DNA of 33,860 nt from Candidatus Kaiserbacteria bacterium (GTDB taxonomy: Bacteria; Patescibacteriota; Minisyncoccia; Phycocordibacterales; JABMNX01): positions 1-33,860 of the forward strand of contig JABMNX010000033.1 in the NCBI GenBank assembly GCA_013204405.1. Direction: 5' to 3'. Each line of letters begins with the position of its first letter. Positions within the stretch are counted from its first letter, which is position 1. Position numbers and translations under genes: made by a program. Of this stretch, positions 27,270-33,860 are shown one piece after another. The notes under the pieces were generated by a model. The model saw nothing but the letters and a program-made list of their open reading frames with translations, was not told where the DNA came from and did not search any database.

Positions 27270-28574
27270 TTATTTGTTTAGGTGGTGAAATAAACGCACT
27301 TTTTTCTCTGCTTTGGTTGGTGTAGGTTCGGTTAGTATGTCAATTATCATTGGGAGAAAGAAGTTTCTTTTTACTCCGTCAGCATACGTGACATGGCTGT
27401 TTATGTAAATGTGCTCGGATAAACACTTGGCTATAGTGCTTAAACGTACGTTCTTAGAGACTGGCCTGACACGTATCTTTAAATAAGGACGGGCTATACT
27501 GTCTGGATTTTCATCCGCATTTCCTTCAAAATAATGGGCTTCAAAGTCATTTTCTATATATGTACTACATGCAGCGACCCCTTCTTCTATCCAGAGAATC
27601 GAAAATTCTCCACTCATAAAACGTATTCTGTCAGCAACAGTTCTCCCAACCATCTCAAAGAGAGGACCACGTCCACATGGACAGTGGTCTTTTTCAATAA
27701 GAAACAAATCTCCAGTACGATATCTAATGAGAGGGAATGGTTGTTCTGTGGTGCGCGATGATACTACTAGCTCAGCTGGTTCATGTGGATCTTTTTGTTT
27801 TCCTGTATCAGGGTCTATAAATTCACTAAGGAACTTTTTGTCATCAATATGGAACGATATTAGATTATGTTCTTTAGCGTATGAACATGAGATTCCAAAG
27901 ATTCCAGCAACTTCAGATGAAGAATAGTTCTGGAAGATAAGAGGATTTTTATATAATGCCTTAATGCTATCTCGTTGAGCACGGGAACACCTGTCCCCGT
28001 ACATCTCCACTGTCTTTATTTCTTCAAGGTATCCTTCATTCCTTAAATACGGTGCGAGTTGGATTACGAGGTGAGGGAATGCCGAAATACTTTCAGCCTT
28101 AAATAAAAAAATCATACGTGCTGCATACTTAAAATCATCAACCGTTTCTGGATAGGACATATTCATGAGTATCGCACCCGCGTTTCTTCTGCTTAATTCT
28201 GACATGTACCACGCACTCATAAAAGATACTTGTCTTTTGATTCCAGCCTTACTTGGTGCGTCCCCATAATTTCCTGCAGTACGACGTGGAGCAATAATTG
28301 GTTTCTTAGAAGATGTTGAGCTTGTGGAACGGATAGCTTCTACTTCGGTTTGTGGAATAAATGTTCTATTCCACACAGACACAGCTGTCATTTCCTCTCT
28401 GTTTAGAAAGGGTAGAGTACGCCAACTCAATATGCTGTCGGGAAATGTATTGTTGGTAGTGCTTTGTGCTAAGTGGTTACGATAAAAATCTGAGTACTCA
28501 CTCTGTAAAACATGTTTTAAGACATTTTGTAGCTCGTCGAGGACAGGTTCGGTGTCAGTTGGTATAGTCAACAT
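27270..28574 (-). CDS. PaaK-like adenylate-forming ligase with a divergent P-loop
   Basis: SDFYR, LPFL, TSSTSSK (the Gly positions are Ser), YSSSE, PLIRYRTGD, CPCG, VGR. Confidence 0.85.
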   Translation of the reverse strand: MLTIPTDTEPVLDELQNVLKHVLQSEYSDFYRNHLAQSTTNNTFPDSILSWRTLPFLNREEMTAVSVWNRTFIPQTEVEAIRSTSSTSSKKPIIAPRRTAGNYGDAPSKAGIKRQVSFMSAWYMSELSRRNAGAILMNMSYPETVDDFKYAARMIFLFKAESISAFPHLVIQLAPYLRNEGYLEEIKTVEMYGDRCSRAQRDSIKALYKNPLIFQNYSSSEVAGIFGISCSYAKEHNLISFHIDDKKFLSEFIDPDTGKQKDPHEPAELVVSSRTTEQPFPLIRYRTGDLFLIEKDHCPCGRGPLFEMVGRTVADRIRFMSGEFSILWIEEGVAACSTYIENDFEAHYFEGNADENPDSIARPYLKIRVRPVSKNVRLSTIAKCLSEHIYINSHVTYADGVKRNFFLPMIIDILTEPTPTKAEKKVRLFHHLNK

Positions 28575-28677
28575 AAAGATGTGGCACTTTAAGGAAAGTG
28601 ATAATACAATGTATTATAGCTTCTATTCACTTAAATTTTAAGTGTAGATATTATAAAGAGATTTTTGACTATTGACG

Positions 28678-29961
28678 ATGGATATAATAAAAAACAAATC
28701 AAGAATAGCTGTGTGGTATAGAGATTTCTTTCACATAAACGAGGTAGAAAAATCTGAAACACTTAAGATTGTGGCATGGGCGCTCTTGTTGGGGTGGTTT
28801 CTCGAATTTTCTACGTGGTTTAAATTTTCAGATTTTACTATTAATGCTGTCGAGGAGGGTAGACAGCTGTGTTGGCCATTCTTTCAAAGTTGTGGAGATT
28901 GGTACTTTTTGACACTAGAACCTATTGGGAACACTCACGTGCTTATGTACGGTATTTTGTTTGGACTTCTTATTACCACCGCATACACATTAATACGTGG
29001 TATGTACACCAGGGCACACGTTCTCTTTTTATGTCTCTTCTTGTGGGAAATGACAGTACTACTTATGTCTATGCGACTAGCCGTGAACTATTGGTATTTT
29101 CACGTGTTTTATGTAGCACTATTCCTTTTTCCAGTAGGAAAATTAATGTTCTTACGACTAGGTGCGGTGTTTTTATATTTTTTTTCTGGGATTCTAAAAC
29201 TTGATGATGGTTGGTTAACTGGAAGTTATTTTAAGGCACTTTCTGAAGGCCTTTACTTTATACCTGATACATTAATCCCAGTTGCCACAAATGCTGTTAT
29301 TTTTATCGAGATAGTGCTTGTTTGGTTCTTGTTGAGCAGTAAAAGAGGATTCCGTATGCCGGTGCTTGTTATATTGTTCATCTTCCATGTGTACTCTGTA
29401 TTGTTCGTTGGGTATACATACCCGACCATTGCGTTATCAATGGTGCTTGTACTCTTCCTGTCCAACGAAGGTTATGTGTCCTTAATGCAAACATTCAAGA
29501 AGAGTGTTACCGGAATAGGTATATTCACTTTCTTTATAATTGTACACTTTATCCCATACACAATTCCTGGAGATTCGCGCATAACAGGGGAAGGGAATAA
29601 GTTTGGGATGTATATGTTTGATGCAAATTACCAATGTAATTCAAAAGCAATTTTTCATCAAAAAGATGGACAGGTTACCGAGAGAGAATCCAAGTCTTTT
29701 TTCGCAATACAACGTTGTGACCCATACTCTCACCTCTTCTATCTTAAAAATCTCTGCAGTATAGATAGTGATATTGAAAGAGTGGAATGGGCGTTTGATA
29801 TTTCAGTTAATGGTAGTCCACTACAACGAATTGTTGATGAGGAAAATGCTTGTAATCTCTCATACAGGACACTTTCTCATAATGAGTGGATTAAAATTCC
29901 TGGAGTAGACGAAGTGTCAGTAATTGGACCAGTAAGTAAAAATAGCTATCGTCCTATCTAG
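28678..29961 (+). CDS. HTTM-domain / vitamin K-dependent gamma-carboxylase-like membrane protein
   Basis: Multiple TM helices. LYFFSGILKLDDGWLTG resembles the VKGC YF.AG..K..W..G motif; FH and GEGNKFGMYMF are also present. Cys-containing soluble C-terminus. Confidence 0.75.
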   Translation: MDIIKNKSRIAVWYRDFFHINEVEKSETLKIVAWALLLGWFLEFSTWFKFSDFTINAVEEGRQLCWPFFQSCGDWYFLTLEPIGNTHVLMYGILFGLLITTAYTLIRGMYTRAHVLFLCLFLWEMTVLLMSMRLAVNYWYFHVFYVALFLFPVGKLMFLRLGAVFLYFFSGILKLDDGWLTGSYFKALSEGLYFIPDTLIPVATNAVIFIEIVLVWFLLSSKRGFRMPVLVILFIFHVYSVLFVGYTYPTIALSMVLVLFLSNEGYVSLMQTFKKSVTGIGIFTFFIIVHFIPYTIPGDSRITGEGNKFGMYMFDANYQCNSKAIFHQKDGQVTERESKSFFAIQRCDPYSHLFYLKNLCSIDSDIERVEWAFDISVNGSPLQRIVDEENACNLSYRTLSHNEWIKIPGVDEVSVIGPVSKNSYRPI

Positions 29962-29982
29962 ATTTCGTATTTCGTCCATTTT

Positions 29983-30750
29983 CTATATCTTAGGATAAGG
30001 GTCTCCAAGAGTGATAAGTGTTGCAGTAAGGCGGTCGTTCGATACATCGTATGTGATATATACCGCCTGTCCTTCTCTGATTGAGTTTAAGTTACTTGAT
30101 ACAGAAGCACTTTGTGAGTACACTATCCCGTCCTCTTGTAAGAAAACATTTTTCCCCACATGTGTATCTTCATTAAAATATATCCTTACTTTCTGTGTTT
30201 CACTTTGTGCATAGCCAGGCCTATAGACTAAAATAAAATATCTAGCCTCTTTATTAATAGAGTAGATAGTCCCCTTTATTTTACTATTAGAACTATTGGT
30301 AGCGGTAACATACTCACTATCACCAGTTCCTTGTGGGTAGCTTATATCCCTGACATTTATCTTTTTTATACCATCATCACCAACAATATCCACATGGTCT
30401 CCGGGTCGCATATCTGTGTATGTACCACCGGAAGTATTCCACCATGAGTACGATATGTTATCTTCAGCCTTATAAAACCTCTCTTTAAAATTTGTCGAGT
30501 CGTTAAAATAAACATCGACTTTATTAATTGAGCTTAGTCCATATTCGTCAGGGTAATTTAACGTTAATATTTTTTTATCGAAGTTGATTGAATCGATAGT
30601 GCCTCGCACACGTTTAGATGTTTCTAGTCGAATCTTTTCTATAGTTAATGGGATAATTTCCTGAGTGACATCTTGGTGAGTGGGTAAAGTAACTGACCCT
30701 AGAGTGATCCCTAGTGCAAAACCTATAAACATAATTACAATTTTTTTCAT
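29983..30750 (-). CDS. Exported protein with two tandem beta-rich (OB-fold/DUF5666-like) repeats
   Basis: Signal/TM helix, then two copies of GTI.SIN..V.(V/I)YFN..T..(M/I)R.G..V.I. Confidence 0.7.
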   Translation of the reverse strand: MKKIVIMFIGFALGITLGSVTLPTHQDVTQEIIPLTIEKIRLETSKRVRGTIDSINFDKKILTLNYPDEYGLSSINKVDVYFNDSTNFKERFYKAEDNISYSWWNTSGGTYTDMRPGDHVDIVGDDGIKKINVRDISYPQGTGDSEYVTATNSSNSKIKGTIYSINKEARYFILVYRPGYAQSETQKVRIYFNEDTHVGKNVFLQEDGIVYSQSASVSSNLNSIREGQAVYITYDVSNDRLTATLITLGDPYPKI

Positions 30751-30764
30751 AAGCTATAAATTAC

Positions 30765-31232
30765 TTAGTTCTGGACATGTTCTCCTAAAATGTTCTCAAA
30801 CCGTAAATAAATTGCCACGAATTTATCATTCTCGACTTTATATTTTAAATATATCTTTGAACCCACTGGTATGTCAGTTATTGACTTCATCTGTATGTAG
30901 CTACTATTATATTCTACTCCCCAATTTCTCAAGAACCCTACCTCATCAACGATAGTTTCTTTGTTAAAGTTGATTCTTATTTTGTAGATATCATCGGTAT
31001 ATCCAGTAGTGTGGGAGATAATAAGAAAGTTATTTATTATATCTAATGAGTCGACCGTTCCTTTTAGTTCTAATACACTCGTTCCTTGAGTGCTGGCAGG
31101 GGTCTTACTGCTTGTCATATAAAAAAATAATACGTAGCCAAACAGAAATGGTACAGTAAAGGCTAGTACCCCTAGAGCAATTTTTTTCCACACAGTAGTA
31201 CTTATTTCTATATTATAATCGGAGTCCTCCAT
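30765..31232 (-). CDS. Membrane-anchored protein with one copy of the same beta-rich repeat
   Basis: TM helix, then KGTVDSLD..IRINFNKET..DIPVGSKIYL..VA. Confidence 0.7.
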   Translation of the reverse strand: MEDSDYNIEISTTVWKKIALGVLAFTVPFLFGYVLFFYMTSSKTPASTQGTSVLELKGTVDSLDIINNFLIISHTTGYTDDIYKIRINFNKETIVDEVGFLRNWGVEYNSSYIQMKSITDIPVGSKIYLKYKVENDKFVAIYLRFENILGEHVQN

Positions 31233-31315
31233 AACGTTTCTTTATTGTATACCACAATAGTAAGTATGCTAAAATAAAGTACTTGATAATCTTTTAACAA
31301 TCAGTATTCAGCCTT

Positions 31316-33277
31316 ATGGAGCATGAGATACGTCACAAACACACACCGGGTGTAGCCAGCAATGTGAGCTTTATTTTTTTATGTTTGATGGCATTTTTGT
31401 TGCCCATTTTTACATTACCCTGGTTAGGCATATCGATTGACACAGCAAAAAATTTCGCTTTTGTCTTTTCTGTAATAGCCCTGGTGGTTGTATCTTTAGT
31501 TTTTGGTTTCAGATATAGAAAAGATATTTTGATACCAGGAGGAGTACTATTTTTGACATGGGTACTCACCATAAGCACTCTTGTTGTGTCGACTATGTTA
31601 TCTTCAGTTCCAACAGTTTCATTAACGGGACTGGGGTACGAGGCTGGAACCACAACGGTACTTGTTTTGTTTTTTGTTCTTCTTTTAATTTCCTCAATTA
31701 TCTTACAGAAAAAGGGAAGACTCCTTATTCTTTACATGTTAATAGTCACTTCTTCATTTATTGTATTTTTATTTGAATTAATAAATATACTAGGAGGTGG
31801 TTCTTTATTATCAGAAACAGAGACCTTGATAGGGAACTCATTCAATCTGGCGATTTTTGCTGGGTTTGTTGTGGTACTTACCCTTACGATTGTCACGAAC
31901 CCATTGTTTGGTAAAATACTACGTCTTTTTTCTTCGGCTGTGCTTGCTCTTGCGCTTATTATACTTGCCTTACTTTCGTTCAAATTAACTTGGGTTACCG
32001 TAGCTGTTTTTTCTTTTATCGCTCTTTTTTCACATAAATTTATAGTATTAAGTTCTACTAAAACAAGTGTTATAGGGAGTCTTTCAAAAACCGCAACTCT
32101 TGTATTGGTGATTGCAGTTTTTTTTATTAGCTTTGGTGGGACAGTTACTAACATCACGAGTAAGGTCTTTAATATTTCACCAGTAACAGACATACGACCG
32201 ACGTGGGTTCAGACATATACCATCTTAAGTAATACATCTATCAAGGACACAAAAAGCTCTTTATTTGGAAGTGGGCCAAACACTTTTTCTTATCAGTGGG
32301 ATAGGTATAAACCCATATCTAGTAACAGTAGTCCTTTTTGGAGAGTTACCCCCGAGATGGGCTGGGGGTTCTTACCAACACTTGTTGTGACTACTGGGTT
32401 ACTTGGCATATTTGTTTTAGCAACTTTCATATACGTATTGTTTTCCAATGGACTACGCACACTTTTTGTTCAGATGCGCAACAATGAGGATTCATATTTT
32501 CTAGCATCAGCCATATTATGTTCACTTTATGGGTGGTTGTGGGCTCTGTTGTACCCAATTAATGTCGTTATACTTATGCTTATTGCAGTCACTAACGGTG
32601 GGTTACTCGCATTACTTATACAAAGAAATAAGATACCAACTTTTCCACTGGGGAGGATATTTGAATTTAGGAGACTGTTTATGATGTTTGTGGTAGTTTC
32701 TGTTTTGTGTGGTGTGTGGGGGCTGTACAAAGTTGCTAATAGGTTTGTTTCAATTGTATATTATGAAAAGACACTTGTATCTGCAAATCAAGCTGGAGGG
32801 GTTTCAAATGCAGAGAAATACGCACTAAAAGCACTGGAGTATTCTAACCAAGCTTCTTTTTACCGGACTCTATCTGAAATACAACAAGAACAAATGAGGG
32901 TGTTACTTTCTCAAAGGGGAGAACTTTCTTCTAAAGAACTACAGAAGAATTTCGAAGAACTTGAACTCAAGTCAAGGGAGAATGCTCGTAGGGCAACACA
33001 GCTAGATAAGGAGAATTACTTAAATTGGGTTGTGTTCGGGAACCACTACTTTAATTTAGTGTATTTTTCTATTCCTGAAGCTCACACTGAGGGGGATTTA
33101 AATTATGAAATAGCTGCAAAACTAAATCCAAACAATCCAGTTATTCCATTTCTCCGTGCACGTTTGGCACTTTCTGGAAAAGATATACCCAAAGCAGTCT
33201 CTTTTCTAGAGAGGGCAGTCTTATTAAAACCGGATTATGTTGAGGCTCGTACACTTCTCTCCCAACTTAGAACGTAG
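31316..33277 (+). CDS. O-antigen ligase (Wzy_C)-like polytopic membrane protein with C-terminal TPR repeats
   Basis: About 12-13 TM helices, FGSGPNTF loop motif and TTGLLG. TPR-like AAKLNPNN and LERAVLLKPDYVEA. Confidence 0.75.
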   Translation: MEHEIRHKHTPGVASNVSFIFLCLMAFLLPIFTLPWLGISIDTAKNFAFVFSVIALVVVSLVFGFRYRKDILIPGGVLFLTWVLTISTLVVSTMLSSVPTVSLTGLGYEAGTTTVLVLFFVLLLISSIILQKKGRLLILYMLIVTSSFIVFLFELINILGGGSLLSETETLIGNSFNLAIFAGFVVVLTLTIVTNPLFGKILRLFSSAVLALALIILALLSFKLTWVTVAVFSFIALFSHKFIVLSSTKTSVIGSLSKTATLVLVIAVFFISFGGTVTNITSKVFNISPVTDIRPTWVQTYTILSNTSIKDTKSSLFGSGPNTFSYQWDRYKPISSNSSPFWRVTPEMGWGFLPTLVVTTGLLGIFVLATFIYVLFSNGLRTLFVQMRNNEDSYFLASAILCSLYGWLWALLYPINVVILMLIAVTNGGLLALLIQRNKIPTFPLGRIFEFRRLFMMFVVVSVLCGVWGLYKVANRFVSIVYYEKTLVSANQAGGVSNAEKYALKALEYSNQASFYRTLSEIQQEQMRVLLSQRGELSSKELQKNFEELELKSRENARRATQLDKENYLNWVVFGNHYFNLVYFSIPEAHTEGDLNYEIAAKLNPNNPVIPFLRARLALSGKDIPKAVSFLERAVLLKPDYVEARTLLSQLRT

Positions 33278-33330
33278 CTAGATACTAGCAGTATTACATT
33301 TGAAAATAGTGTACAGTAAATGTAAACAAT

Positions 33331-33704
33331 ATGAATAAAATAAATAAAAAGACCGTTATTAAAAAAGAAATCAAAAAAAGAAGGTAAAAAAACCTTCTGA
33401 CTTATCACCATTTCCAAAATCAACATATGAGCGAAATGCCATAATCTACAAAACACTCAGTAACCCAAAGCGATTAGAGATTTTAAATACCATCAAGAAT
33501 AGGGAATTAACAGCTGGAGAACTTATGGAGGTGCTCCAAGTTCGTAAAGCAAACCTATCACAACATCTAACTATTCTTCGTAATCATCGTTTGGTAAAAA
33601 CTCGACGACAAGGAACAAACATCTACTACAGTATCATGGACCCACGTATAGTTGAGCCCTGTAAAATTTTACACGAGTTTTGGGGAGGAAAATCTAAAAG
33701 TTAG
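33331..33704 (+). CDS. ArsR/SmtB-family transcriptional regulator, apparently frameshifted in an A-run near the 5' end (absent from the ORF track)
   Basis: Manual translation of 33363-33704 gives YKTLSNPKRLEILNTIKNRELTAGEL..KANLSQHLTILRNHRLVKTRRQGTNIYYSI, a classic ArsR HTH. There is no in-frame start before the domain. The ATG 33331 frame stops at 33385-33387 and joins with one extra A in the run at 33361-33366 or 33373-33379. Confidence 0.85.
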
Positions 33705-33812
33705 AACCTATTCAGAAATTTGTCAGTTAAGGTCTAAATGTAATTGTTATCAACAAAATATGCTTTGTTGAAGGGAGTCTTGTTGATATAATAGTTTCAT
33801 AGGTTCGCAACT

Positions 33813-33860
33813 ATGAAACTAATAGAAGAACAAAGTGAAGTAAAAATAAGCAGAAGACAT
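33813..33860 (+). CDS. Possible start of a gene running off the window (MKLIEEQSEVKISRRH)
   Basis: ATG with an open frame to the window end and an upstream TGATATAAT extended -10. Only 16 codons are visible. Confidence 0.4.
   Translation, partial: MKLIEEQSEVKISRRH

Noticed and set aside
11980-28574. Calling the ligases paaK (phenylacetate degradation) or NRPS modules
   Set aside because: No paa catabolic genes and no carrier or condensation domains are present; only family-level similarity is supportable.
162-33456. Numerous 60-160 aa ORFs overlapping the long genes (e.g. 2964-3359, 19296-19784, 31732-32193, 33235-33456)
   Set aside because: These are antisense or alternate-frame shadows of well-supported CDSs with no recognisable motifs.
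1-33860. Alternative genetic code (TGA recoded, as in Gracilibacteria)
   Set aside because: Long ORFs are uninterrupted in code 11, and TGA stops at 376 and 17647 overlap downstream starts like real stops.
1-33860. CRISPR arrays, tRNA/rRNA, IS elements, integrases, DGR reverse transcriptase
   Set aside because: I saw no regularly spaced nucleotide repeats, RNA-gene signatures, or transposase/recombinase/RT ORFs; intergenic gaps are very short.

Overview
AT-rich, gene-dense bacterial DNA in genetic code 11. It is most likely from a Patescibacteria/CPR-type genome; this is an inference from the gene families and the near-leaderless promoters. About 30 kb is one paralog-rich cluster with no core housekeeping genes. 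It holds nine Cys-rich proteins that appear membrane-anchored; seven of the eight complete ones keep a 5-His signature and two carry a Cys-less cupredoxin domain. It also holds eight PaaK/F390-synthetase-like adenylate-forming enzymes (five long, three short and degenerate) and three paralogs of an unrecognised 440-530 aa family. Two tiny membrane-anchored peptides share only the C-terminal motif FVGCGGF. The remaining cluster genes are an SSS-like transporter, two non-canonical (Thr-type) sulfatase-fold enzymes and an HTTM/vitamin-K-dependent-carboxylase-like protein. My best hypothesis is an undescribed peptide-modification (RiPP-like) or cell-surface acylation/oxidation system. Four genes carry simple lesions that restore a full ORF when reversed: a ~175-bp internal inversion between TATA cores, a (TG)4 slip, a G8 slip and an A-run slip in an ArsR gene missed by the ORF track. 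These could be phase variation or sequencing/assembly artefacts. The right end has OB-fold-like repeat proteins, an O-antigen-ligase/TPR protein and the ArsR regulator.
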